From Basidiobolus ranarum (Eukaryota): a stretch of DNA of 57,157 bases. The stretch lies in assembly GCA_040143965.1 (NCBI GenBank), contig JASJQH010006886.1, forward strand, positions 1 to 57,157, read 5' to 3'. Below the pieces are notes generated by a model, which did no database searches, was not told where the DNA came from, and worked only from the letters and a program-made list of their open reading frames with translations. The translations under genes were made by a program, and so were the position numbers. Positions 41,573-53,897 of the stretch are shown in pieces (positions within the stretch are counted from its first letter, which is position 1; each line of letters starts with the position of its first letter).

Positions 41573-41806
41573 ATGAGAGATATGAACTCCATTGAAGACA
41601 TCATTTCCCAACTGGATTCTAATACTGTTACTGAAAAGAGTCCTCTTGACGTACTCCAAACACGTATTGAAAATCAAATATCACAAGCACCTTCCAGCGA
41701 CTCGTTGCCTGTGTACCAACAATCGGATAGCATAGACTTTCCACAAAGGTTATTGTCCTTTAGTAATAACTACGATACACCGATAATGGACACTAAGTGG
41801 CTCTAA
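41573..41806 (+). CDS. Small hypothetical protein, paralogue 2 (77 aa)
   Basis: TATAAAA at 41482, AATAAA at 41995. Shares the same conserved motif as ORF 40421-40612. Confidence 0.7.
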   Translation: MRDMNSIEDIISQLDSNTVTEKSPLDVLQTRIENQISQAPSSDSLPVYQQSDSIDFPQRLLSFSNNYDTPIMDTKWL

Positions 41807-44429
41807 ACCAGTAGATATCGTGGATATTCCTCCAGACCCTCCCAAGCGATGACTTTATTATTGTACATGCCTTCATTCACCCATCTCTTCCCCCTCCAAC
41901 AAAAAGCAGGTTCTTTACTTTTTAAAGTCCATTGATACATTTAATATGTATACGGTAACGATGAAATCCATGTCTTCCAAGAAATATCAATGTAAATAAA
42001 ATATGTAGTATATTATGTATAGACGGGTGTAAAAGTATCAAGATAAACTGCATATTGTACTTGTATCTTTATTTGTGAATACGCATATTAATAAATCCCA
42101 TTCATCATTTTGAGACAACTTCGGGTTTCTAAAGTCTATAGACAAATAGCAGTTCCCAGTGATATTATTCGTTTTAAGCGAACCCGAACCTCGTGAAGAT
42201 CATTTAGTAATGGCTTCCTTAGTATGGAAATCTAATTCCACCATTCCTCATTCAATCATCCCGAATTGAATCAAATCCCATGAAATCAACTTTATCTGTC
42301 ATCTGAATCCGCTATTTCCGCTCCGATACAAGCCTCATCAAATCTCTAAACTCTACCGCTCAATACATGGGAACAAAAAAATCAATACATGGGAACCGTA
42401 GAAGTGGCTTTGGATCACGTGTGGATGAGGTGAGACAATAGTTCAGCCGTTACTAGTTGGGAAATAGTGTTTGGTACACCGCACCACTCAAGATACACTA
42501 ATCCTTTATAGTCAACTATATCTGATCTGCCTCACACGTTCTAGATATACAAATACTCAGCAAGCGTAATAATGGCCTAGGAGGTAAAGATCACCTAGTG
42601 ATATGAAACTATCCGTATAAAGTCTTCCATTCCGTTTCACCCCCTAATTATGTGTTGCTCTTGCCTCGATTTCTGGCATTCAGTGCTCATGATCGATCGG
42701 AATGAACCTGGATCTTTGACTTCTGACAACATGTATAAGAATGCGAAAATGCTTTATTACGTATTCAATTAGTAATCATTGGGTATGGCTGTAACACTCT
42801 GGAATTCAGTGAGTCAAACAAGGCATGCATTAGGGATGATTGAGGAGAGACTGGTGTGCGTTGAAAAACGAACTGACAGATCATCAGAGTAGGGGAACTG
42901 GGTCAAGGTGAGGGTAAAGAGAGTAAAGAATAGGAAAAGGAAATGCTATCGGTACGTCATGGAATCTTGATGCTAAGCGCCAAATATGAATGTTCAATGA
43001 CGGGTGGCTGATCAGAATTCATGTTATCCGGTGTTACCTAAAGTTATCATCCAGACTCATCATTAATTTAGTTCAGATAAAGTTGAGCAGTGTGAACGAA
43101 ATCAAGTGATAGAAGTGTGTTTCTATGCTATACAATATTTGTATTAAATACATTAACCAGATTGAAACTAGCTTTACGAACTAGATTGAATGCGGATATT
43201 TTTGTCAAATGAATGAAAACAAGAATCCCTAAATAGGATATATGATACGGATGTCGAAAGTATTAAAGTACTGTAGTTCAACCTTAATAAGCGTGTTAAT
43301 GTCAGGATACTTGAGTAGATTGAGGATTTAGTTGCCAGGGTCATGAACTTTCCTTTTGTAGAGTGTAGGGGATGAGGACTTTATCGTATTTGTATGGCTA
43401 ATATGTACATCATGAGCACTGCTACCACCACTACCTTGAAATCCGATTTTCCCCGTATTTGGAACCTCATACTTGGCGCAGTAAGTAGCCACAGCGATCT
43501 AAATATGCGATATACTTCGTTTAGTAGGGCATTTGATGCATACAGGATTGCTTATTGCAGCTGTAAGTTGCTGATATATACTTTTGGGCACTTTGTCCGT
43601 GTTGAGTGATGGAAGTATGGTGATATAGTCTGCAGCAATAGTGAATCAGTTAGAGGTGGGCCATTTTGGTGCATCACTGGTCTGTGGTAGATTGATGGAT
43701 CGTGTACAAAAAGGTACCGTATATATTCAGTTCCCATCACCATGGTCTTCCAATTCCGAAATGTTATTCAGATGAGATAATTGAAGTGGTCATTTTAGTA
43801 AACATTGGTGATACAAGTACGATGGGTTTGTAGATTGCTTGTAGATGCTTCAAGTAAACACTACCTAGTGAAGCTTAGGTGATAGAGGCAGATTAGTAGG
43901 TTTTAGATGTTACAACGAGAGTGGAAATTCACTTATTTACTTCAAGAGCGAAGGCACTGATCATACGATTCCCATAAGTTACATTGCTTATCTTTAACGA
44001 ATATTTTCATTTGTACATTGGAGAGATACATCAGAATATAATAAAAGTGAAGTGACTCGGGGTAAACTAAAACTATTGATGCTATCCAGTGGTTAAGGCG
44101 AGAATGTAACAAGTCAATTGTAAGGGAAAAGGTTCAGTTAAACAGTAGTATTCGAAAGCATCCACTGTTTGTGTTGCATTATATTGGATAGCCCTTCCAT
44201 GAGGCTACTTGAAAATCCTTGTCTTTAAGAAGTGTTCATTAAGGGTTACGCCGCGGTGCGAAGAAAAGTGTAAATAGTGATAGAACAGAAATCGTGCAGA
44301 AAAAATTCATGTGAAATTTACAAGATGAGAGCAACTTAATGGACCATACATCAACCATGGGTATGTAGAGATACTATCGAAGCAAATCGACTATGGAGTG
44401 ATAAATCTTCCTTTTGTTCACAAAGAATG

Positions 44430-45792
44430 CTAAAAAATAGTATGGTGAACATTCTCGCCTGATGAACCGGCGCCGGGCTGAGAATAAGTATGAGCACCAT
44501 GAGAGCACTCACCGTAAGAATAGGAGGGAGGGGGAGTGGAGTGCTCCATCTGAATAGAGACAGAATCCTTACGATGTGGTTGGGGGTAAGTATCAATGGC
44601 TCCGTAAGAGATAGGCTGATCATTAATGCTAGCACTATATCCAGAACTATTAGGATTTTCACCAAACATCGATCTACGAAGGTCAGAATTTGAGTGCATG
44701 GACATTCTGATAGATGCCAGTTCTTGTTCAGTCAACGTACTTCCTGATTCTAGAAGTAACGAATCTCTTTCCCTGCCATAAGCCGGGGGTGGTGAGAGGT
44801 TGCCTACAGAAGGGGCCAGTCCCCATTTTTTCACGTTTGCTTCGATAAAGACGAATCCCATTTGACCAAAGTTAACATGCAATATACACGGTCCATCCGC
44901 TGCAACAGTAGGGAAAAGATTCAAGTGAGCACCGGTGATTGCACTACCAAGCTTCACACCATTACGGGTAAAAAAAACGGTTCCAGTTTGCGTACGATAT
45001 CCACATCCAATAACGTCTCCTTTGTAAAAAGGTACACCATAAGGTTTCCCGTCAAATGGGTCATTAGAGTACTTTCGTCCGTTCGAATGATATCCAATAG
45101 AATGCCTGTTACGACCTAATAGTTCGATGTTAACTGGTAAACTCACAAATGATTCAATTTCATTTGTATAAATACTCACCTGGAAAACGCCATGAAGGAT
45201 AGGGCTTTGTGGAGAGACCGATTCCTACTCTTGCTTTCGAAGTTTTCTCGAATATCTTCACTTCGAAATAATATACAGGGTCTCTCTTAGGGAGTGGTAA
45301 ATTCGTCTGAACGCAATACTCCCCACCATAGAAAGAAACTTCAGTACGATCCTGAACGATAATGTTGACGTCGGAATCAGCCTCAAACTCCCAAGCTCTT
45401 ACACCTTTTTCTCGAATGAGAGAGGTTTGCTCAGGGGTTAAATCGGTAGAAATACTACCAGGAGGAAAGGTAGTCTCAAAAGCTCGTGAAAGCTCAAAGC
45501 TTTGACGTTCTGGTTCGGGTAAAGCTTCAGAATTCATATTATCATAGTCCGTTTCAGTTAATAGACGGTCAGTTTCTTCATGATCATAGGCCAAAGATTG
45601 TGAAAGTTTGGGAAGAATTTGATCTTTACAACAAATAGCTATCATAATGATTACTATAACCACTCCAAAGGAGACAGCTGAAATGGTCCATGCTGTATAT
45701 TGATCTATTGCTTCTACTTTCTGAGGCCAAAAAACCAAACAAATGGTTAACCACAGCGACCTAGATAAAAAGGTATTGAACCGTGTTTGCAT
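44430..45792 (-). CDS. SSH4: SPRY-domain single-pass membrane protein, Ssh4/Ear1-like Rsp5 adaptor; intron 45116-45179
   Basis: Signal peptide + TM, then IREKGVRAWEF, VQTNLPLP..VYYFEVKI, GDVIGCGYR, FFTRNG, HVNFGQMGFVFIEANVKKWGLAP, and PY motifs PPAY and PPSY. The exact 3' end is uncertain (possible further intron). Confidence 0.88.
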
Positions 45793-46366
45793 TGATGTGT
45801 TGCAATCAGGAATATTTCAGCCAAATGAATCTAGAAGCACTTTTTGAAGTTAGGAGGCAACGAGTTACAATTGAGAAAAAAGCAGAAATCTTAAAGTTTA
45901 GTTTAAGGATGCATCTTTGCTAAAAGCATCTTAATGAAGTTGTTCTCATGATTACCATAATTGTGACTGAATAGAAAAACTTCCTCTTCCGTTCCTCCCC
46001 TCAAAATCCACTGCATTCAATTTCAATTAGCGGTTAAATTTTACGGCATCTTTCAATTTCCTAGTTTTGATAAACATCTGGATGATTTTCAAAAATCAGA
46101 GTTGAGGCTAACCTTAAACCCAATCCCTCCCATCAGTGTCGAATGGAGTAGCAATCAAATAGCCTGCATTGCATTCACAGATAATAAAAGCATCCAGGTA
46201 AAACTGATGGACATCCAATAGGAGACTGATATAGTACAACGAAGTTTAATATATATACAAATATCGGTTTCGCAGATAAGCCATCAAGAAATGGACAAAT
46301 CGGCTCTTAGAGTGGCCAAATGGCTGAATGGACGAAACCATAAATCCCATTTATTATTACTCGTTT

Positions 46367-46501
46367 AATGCTGCTAATACCACTAATACTACTAATGCTA
46401 CCAATACTACTAATACTACTAACGCTACCAATACTACTAATACTACTAACGCTACCAATACTACGAATACTACTAACGCTACCAATACTACGAATACTAA
46501 C
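46367..46501. repeat. Tandem repeat, 9-bp subunits in a 27-bp period (AAYGCTACC AATACTACT AATACTACT)
   Basis: Directly visible; about 5 copies of the 27-mer. Confidence 0.9.
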
Positions 46502-47419
46502 GGGACTCTGCTAGCAATCATTCTGAAGATTCCTGTGAGTGATTTACGACTCTATCTCAGGTACAAGATGGGTTTATTTACAAATAGGGCATGTCATCGT
46601 ACCAAGGGTAAGATGCAGAATCAGAAATCAACGTAGGTCTCAATATCCCCAGGTTCGGTTCGGTCATCAGGTATTTGGTCATGTTCGGTAATCTGTTCTT
46701 TACGCTCCCGCAAATCCGTCACAAATCCACCACCTGGATTATCAATCTCGAATCTTGGCTCAAATGTGGACGGAGTGAATATTGGAGAATCCATGTTTAA
46801 CCACGATGATGTCGCCATTGATGCTTATTTATAATCTGAGGAACCATCCTTGCGTATATGCTAGTTTTGTAATAAGGCGAACATCTCTCCGTTTGGGACC
46901 TACGCTTCTCTTGATGGAGTGAGGGTTAGCCTAAGATGCTCAATCCAGCAAGATTGGTTTCATTGCCATTAGCATTATGGGATGTTCCAGTTACTTTGGT
47001 ACATCAAAGCGAATTGTTAATTGCTCTTAATGCTGTCGTTATTGGGCAGGATTGGCATTGTTTATATAAAGATCAGTCTCCCCTTCCTCCACCAAGTCAA
47101 TGCAAATATCAGTCTCCCTTTTCTCCATGATATTGACAGTAGAGAGATACATATACAATCATTGAGACAATGCTAAAAATTAATAAAAACATGTTTCAGT
47201 CTCATGTAACCAGTATATTGATAGTGCGTGCTCCTCCCTCACTCGTATTCTCTAGCCATTAATGTATATCTTTCAGAACAAGTCGAGTAAATTAGCGAAC
47301 CAATCCTTAGTTTCAAAATTGATTCAACAAATACCACGTGATATCCTTCAAATCCTGAACTATAATTTAAACACTTGTCTGCTCTTTCTTGTTTTTTACC
47401 AAGCAGTTTAGTTGGGAAG

Positions 47420-49694
47420 ATGCCGGGCATGACACACTTTAAGACCAATGTTTATGAATATTTGGAAACCTTACCAACTCAAACCTTCAATAGATTATTT
47501 TTGAAACCTGCTACCTGTTTGTCCATTTTCAGGTTGGAATATATTATTTAATCATCTTGTGTTGTGAGATCAGTTTGGGCATTGAGCGTTTTTTTAAAAA
47601 AAACTGACTCTTTGGAGGAGACTTTTTTGGATCAACAAGTGACTTAATTTTTGCTTGTAGATTATTACCTAGTTTAGCAAAACAATTTGTCATGTCCATG
47701 TTGTATGTTGAAGAGGCGGTATCTTTACAAGACTTTAATGGTTGGTGTTATACTGAAGCATCATCGTAAGTAAATTTTCATTACTATTCTTGTTTCATCA
47801 TAATGGAGTTGAGAAATCCGAGCAGTATATCTTACCTGAAGAGAGATTCATCGTAGTAACGCTTTTCCTTTTCTTTATTTTTTGCTGGAACCGTATACTC
47901 AGTAAACAAAGAGAAAGCCTAGAAAAATTGTCAAAACTTCATATTCTATCAGAAAAAGACGGTCAACTATCCATGAGTGAGACTTTTCGCGAACACTTTC
48001 GAAATGCTTTAACTGGAGGGTAATTAAACAGCTCTGGTTTATTATTATTATTGTGTTCCTATTCTCTACTATCAACTACGTCTTTGATTTAACGAAAAAA
48101 CATCTCTTTTTTTTAGTGGAAATCATCAGAGTTTTGGTTTACTTTCTGCTACCCCTGATAAACACAAAGTGGATATCCCGTTCTTGGATGTTTATGCAAC
48201 GCAACAGTGGGAGGTAATCTTTTACACAGGTTGCTTTACAGTGAAAACCCAAGAATTTTATGGTTGACCATTAATTTATGGATTATCAGGCCATTCTACA
48301 TTATATGGTTGGAACATCTGACACGAAGAAACCCAGCAAAGGTGTACTTAACTTACTAAGGAGATCCGGTCTTATGACATTAAGGTATTACCGTTTGGAT
48401 GTGTGTGTGATTTCTTATCACGTAATAATGGAGTGATTTTAAAGTGGAGAAGACCCAACGAATATGAAAATTTCCAACAAAGGTTTCCAGTTCTTACTGC
48501 AAGACGTAAATACTCAAGTGTGGGCCTTTCTGTTACAGTACCTTGATATGGCTGAAGTAATGAAGAATTACCTGTTTGCTCTCTCTTAGTTGCTTTATTG
48601 ATTGAGTATTTCGGATTATTTAGAAATTACAAATGGATTTGGTTGAAGTTTTGAATTTCTTCTTTCAACTTGGAAGTCTTGAATTAGGCAAGGTATAGAT
48701 ATATATCTTCACTTGGATACCTATAACAAGTGTAGTTTATTTAATGATGATTCTTGCTACAGGATTATTCCACAGAGACGCTTACTCCTACCCAAGTACA
48801 AATGCTGGAGGATCTGAGAGATTATGGAATTGTGTACCAACGCAAGGTAAAGTACCCCAGCAGCTCACCTCTTTTCATAACCACATATATCTAAAGATCA
48901 TTCTAGAAAGGTTCTCGTCGCTTTTATCCAACAAGACTCGCCACATCACTAACAGCGGGAAATGCCTCTTTTAACCAGAAGAAAACGGATAAAGAAGTTG
49001 ATGCTGGATTCATTATTTTAGAAACCAATTACCGTATTTACGCTTACACAGGTTTGCCAATATTATGACATGGAAGAGAAGGCCGAAATTTAATCCACTC
49101 ACACTTGTCTTGTTATTTTAGAGTCACCGCTTCAGATTGCCGTTTTGAACTTGTTCGTTCATTTGAAATGTCGCTTCAAAAATATGGTCACTGGTTCACT
49201 TACCAGAGATAGTGTTCGCGCTGCATTGGTGAATGGAATTACTGCTGATCAGATTATCTCCTATTTAAGCACACACGCACATCCTCATATGCGTAAACAA
49301 GTCAGTCATAACTTTATAACACCAATAATTAGAGGATCTTTGGACTAATTATGAACCTTTAGATTCCACTCCTCCCTGTTACTGTTGTAGATCAAATCCG
49401 CCTTTGGGAGATGGAACGTAATCGGCTGGCTGGCACAAATGGTTGGTTGATTCAATGACTCCATAATGTATTCCCCATTTTATTAAGTATATTTCTATAG
49501 GTTATTTATATCAGCAATTTGTCAAGCAACAAGACTATGATGTTGTATACAAGTACGCTAATGAAATTGGAGTGGTACTATGGGCAAATGCGCGCAAGCG
49601 GCTGATGGCTGTGACATCCGATGGTCATATTCAAGTCAAAGCTTATATAAAACGTCGGATGAGCAGAGGAAATAACTCAAATGATAACGAATGA
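47420..49694 (+). CDS. TFB2: TFIIH subunit Tfb2/GTF2H4 (about 12 exons)
   Basis: [98 protein letters not shown]. Confidence 0.93.
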
Positions 49695-50018
49695 GTCTAT
49701 ACTCCATTCACTAAGTCAGCAACGAGAATACCAATTCAATAAACACCACTTGTAATGATAGGGCAAATATGTCCATACAATAAAATCCAATACTTTCCCA
49801 TGTCAATAGTCTCTTTATCAAACATTTAATATCGAAATTCTGAATTATTTCATCGCCAGAATCGGGAATTTCCTTCAAAAAAAAAAAGAAAAAAATTCGG
49901 ACGGTTTTATTGTACCGAGTAATCTAAGCAGTAACGAGGTAAGTTAAAAAGTAATTCTACAGTGTCGGAATCAACCCTCTGATTTTACTTCTCTTTTCCT
50001 AGTGTTTAATTAGTTAAA

Positions 50019-50579
50019 ATGGGTCGTATGCACACTCCTGGGTATGAATTTCAACCTTTACTTCACTTTCGTTAGTTTTTAGGCTTGACTTTATTCGATA
50101 TGAAAAGTTGGTTAGAAATGAATATTAATGGAATTTAATATTTTAGTAAGGGTATTGCCTCCTCAGCTCTCCCCTATCGTCGTACTCCTCCTTCCTGGGT
50201 TAAGTCTACTCCTGAAGAAGTATGCGAGCATATCTGTAAATTGGCCAAGAAGGGTTTGACTCCTTCGCAGATTGGTGTATTACTTCGTGATTCCCACGGT
50301 ATTCCTCAAGTTAGAAGTGTTACCGGTAACAAAGTCCTTCGTATCTTGAAGGGTAACGGCTTGGCTCCTGAGATCCCAGAAGATCTTTACCACCTTATCA
50401 AGAAGGCAGTTGCCGTTCGTAAGCATTTGGAACGTAACAGAAAGGATTGTGACTCCAAGTATCGTTTAATTCTTATCGAATCTAGAATTCATAGACTTGC
50501 TCGTTACTACAAAACCGCTGGTCAATTGGCCCCTAACTGGAAATACGAATCTTCTACTGCTTCCGCTTTGGTTGCTTAA
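50019..50579 (+). CDS. RPS13: 40S ribosomal protein S13 (uS15); intron 50042-50146, probable 5'-UTR intron ~49939-50002
   Basis: [25 protein letters not shown]...[19 protein letters not shown]...ASALVA. Confidence 0.97.
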
Positions 50580-50984
50580 TTTCAAATCAACTATAATACT
50601 CTTTCATTCACTTGTTTATCACTGTTGATATCGATAACAAGTGAACGTTAATAAATTTATATCTCTTCAGCTCAATTCAGTTCTCAGTTATAGATAATAG
50701 AATAGTAATCATTGAACATATTTCATCTGTGAACGAATGACTATTATGGAACATGCGATTTTTATTTACATATTAACCTTTGCATACATGGTTTGCTACA
50801 TTCACTATGATGTATGTCCAAGTTATATTAGAATTCACTAGTGTTACAGAACTTGTTTCATAAAACCCTTTTGATCATCATCATCCGTGTGTCGAGCGAT
50901 TATGTACACAACAAAGGAAGGTGAGGAGATTATCGTCTAGCAAGCAAAGATGGTGTTTGTGTCGCCCGCAACATAATGGTAGGT

Positions 50985-51341
50985 TTACTTCCAGTAGGTT
51001 GTCGTTTGCTTATGCAAATAGTTCATCATACCGTTGTACCGGTTCCGAAGTTTACTATGATACTCATAAACGCGCTTATCAGTTTTATGGTCGAAGAATG
51101 TTTGAGATACTTCCTCGAGTTCCATATCAGTTTCATCATATACACTTTCCGGTGGTGAAGGAGGAGCTTTCTGAGTTGAAAGCAGTTGAAATGACTTGTC
51201 GTTAAGTTGCTCTACATTCGACTCAAACGAATTGGGAACCTCTTGGGACTTGAGTTGAGGTGGCTTTAATTTGGATAGAAATGAATTATATTCGGAGTTT
51301 TCAAGAAGATTAAAACGGGATTGTTCTGGTTGTTCGTTCAT
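50985..51341 (-). CDS. Hypothetical protein (118 aa)
   Basis: ATG 51341 about 60 nt downstream of a TATATAAA box (51402-51409, minus). Protein-like composition with PPSPPES and a helical C-terminus. Confidence 0.55.
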   Translation of the reverse strand: MNEQPEQSRFNLLENSEYNSFLSKLKPPQLKSQEVPNSFESNVEQLNDKSFQLLSTQKAPPSPPESVYDETDMELEEVSQTFFDHKTDKRVYEYHSKLRNRYNGMMNYLHKQTTTYWK

Positions 51342-51897
51342 GTTACCAAGCGATGTGAAGATAGAAAAAAATGGTTGTTGGTTATTAGAACGATGTCCGG
51401 GTTTATATACATTACACAAGAAATTCAGTTTGCCTTACCCTCGGCTTATTGGATTCAAATAGGAATTAGCAAGTCTGTAATACAATAAAATGACATCATA
51501 CAGGAATCATCATTTTTGTTCGTGCTTTACCCCTAGTTATTTAGGACCAATTTGAGTGATTAATGATCGATAGTTTCATTCTTTTCCGATAAAAAAGGGA
51601 TTTTTAATGATTATAAGAGTGTATTGTCAAACTAGATAATCTTGGCTGAAATGATTTAAGAGATTGATGGACCAGTGCCAAGTAAATGATAAATGCGGGG
51701 TGGGTTAGGTGAGTGTGTCTAACAAAGATTCAAAATTGGAAACAGATGTCATGTCAAGGTCACTAAGCTATATTTGGGAAGTGGGTGATCTCAGTAGGTT
51801 AGGTGAGCATATGCATCGGCAATGGAGAATGATTGGATCTAATTTTGTGCTAAGAAGTGTATATAATATAGGAATATGGATCGGGCACTGTCGGAAA

Positions 51898-51955
51898 CTC
51901 ACTGTGGTCTATCATCGCTATCTTCTCTCACTGTGGTCTATCATCACTATCTTCT
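51898..51955. repeat. 29-bp tandem duplication
   Basis: CTCACTGTGGTCTATCATCRCTATCTTCT x2, one mismatch. Confidence 0.9.
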
Positions 51956-52745
51956 ATAGTACAGAGGTTCAATCCTAGCAGGTTGAGTCTACTCCAATAG
52001 TAATTATGAGCAATCCATTGGGTGACCGGTACTTTTGTGAGTTGAGTATATTTAGGAGTGACAAATATAAGCACAGTTCTTCTATTGCGAGTAGTAGTTG
52101 GCTGAATTTTCATCTTGTAATGTTAGGGTTAGGGTTATGCCATGCCAACAATACATTCTACAATGCTGCAATGTAATGAGAAAATCTCTATAGCTGCAAT
52201 CTTGTGCGTAAGAAAAGTCCTTCCTACATAAGACTTGTTCTTATGTACCTCAGATAGTAAATTTAATGGAGTAAAACTATTAAAGCTTATGCGTTTCAGA
52301 TTACTATATTTGTATGCTTCACTGACACTCCCTAATTTTCTTTTGATATGGAAGTTTGCCTATCGTTGAATCTCTGCAGTCATAAGGTTGTCCAAGCCAT
52401 AGTTTCCAATGTTGCACTATTTACTTGCAAACACCTTCCTCTGAAATATGTGCTTGAGGTCTAGCCAACTTGCTTTCAATGAGTGAATCATTTTTTAGCT
52501 TTGTTCTAGTGGATACTATTTTTTTGCAGTATCTGCATTTACCACCATCATTTACTATTACAGCAAACCATATATTAAATTTGGACTTTTTGACACCATA
52601 ACCTACTTTCATCAGGCCAGGAGTTGCCTACAATTGAAGATGCCAAAGAGTACAGAGTGAGATATATACTATATGCCCTCCATGAAGTTGATAGCTGTGT
52701 GGAAATAGTGTAACCTCCACTTTGTTACTATCAGATACTATGAAA

Positions 52746-52797
52746 TATACCAGTGCTCATAACTAATTCATTATACCAGTGCTCATAACTAATTCAT
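52746..52797. repeat. 26-bp perfect tandem duplication
   Basis: TATACCAGTGCTCATAACTAATTCAT x2. Confidence 0.9.
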
Positions 52798-53795
52798 TTT
52801 TGCCTTGGTGGGTTTAACACTAGTTGCTGGCTTGGTAGGCTTCACAGTGGTGGCGGGTTTAGTGGGCTTGGCAGTAGAAGTAGGTTGGTTGGAATGGAAG
52901 GTTCTGGATTAACAACGTTGCTACCATTTCCAGTAACCTATTATATGCATAACGAGGTTGAGTTTTGGGTGATTGATCCATAATAAAGCTGAGCTTCAGG
53001 TGATTAATCTATAGAAGGTGATGAGCTACTGCCATGGGAAAACTACGCATATTAGGCTTGTGACTGAGAGAGTTAGAGTGGAATATTCATGATGACATTT
53101 TAGAGCATGTAGAGGCGCGCAGGTCATAGCTTCACAATGCATGTAAATGATATCTGATCTGAATTCTTGTAACTTCAGTACTTTGCTTTAAGAATTTACC
53201 ACTACATCGCTTGCTACATAAAATGTGGAACATCAATTGTTACATAGAATGAGAATACTTATTTGAATGCACCAGTCGTTACATAGTATGAGGATACACC
53301 ACATGGTTCCATTGTATGGTTGCTGTATTAAACCCTTATATTTCACATTGTTTTTTAGATCCTGCAGACTGAGCGGAGAAAGTAATACGTACACACAAAT
53401 AACTAACCTCTGAGAAAACAATACATACATACAAATTACTGATTCACCTCTTACTAACCTCTGAGGACAACAGATGCCTCTAGATTTGCAGGTGTTGAAA
53501 ACCAATGCAATATGTTGTAGCTGCAGAGCCCACTAATACATGATCTAGACAGAGTCAATGCTCCAAACGAAAAAGTAAAACAATGGCTATGATGAAATAA
53601 TTACGAAACATCAAGACATGCATGAGGTTGAGATTTTCCAAACATGGGTTTTCTATGTCTTTCTAGATTGTACCACCTATTTCATAAAGCCCTAAGCTCA
53701 TCATTCTAGCTGCAGTAATCTATGGCTTAAACTGACACCAAGAGTATCACAAAAACAGAACTTACCCTCCTCATTGACCTATTCAAGTACAACAC

Positions 53796-53897
53796 CTTCT
53801 CGAATGCAATAACTTCTCGAATGCAATAACTTCTCGAATGCAATAACTTCTCGAATACAATACCTGCTCGAATGTAATAACTTTTCGAATACAATAC
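53796..53897. repeat. 17-bp minisatellite, 6 copies
   Basis: CTTCTCGAATGCAATAA x3 perfect plus 3 degenerate copies. Confidence 0.92.

Noticed and set aside
46621-46818. 65-aa acidic ORF on the minus strand
   Set aside because: No recognisable motif or paralogue, and the TATA-like element is too close to the ATG; cannot support it as a gene.
47420-49694. Looked for U12-type (RTATCCTT / AT-AC) introns in the intron-rich genes
   Set aside because: All introns I could delimit are ordinary GT-AG, some with AAG acceptors.
52123-52137. TTAGGGTTAGGGTTA telomere-like motif (also degenerate hexamers at ~40035-40072)
   Set aside because: Only about 2.5 copies, internal; compatible with chance or simple slippage.
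53796-53897. Regularly spaced repeats as a possible CRISPR array
   Set aside because: Units are contiguous with no unique spacers, there are no cas genes, and the context is eukaryotic.
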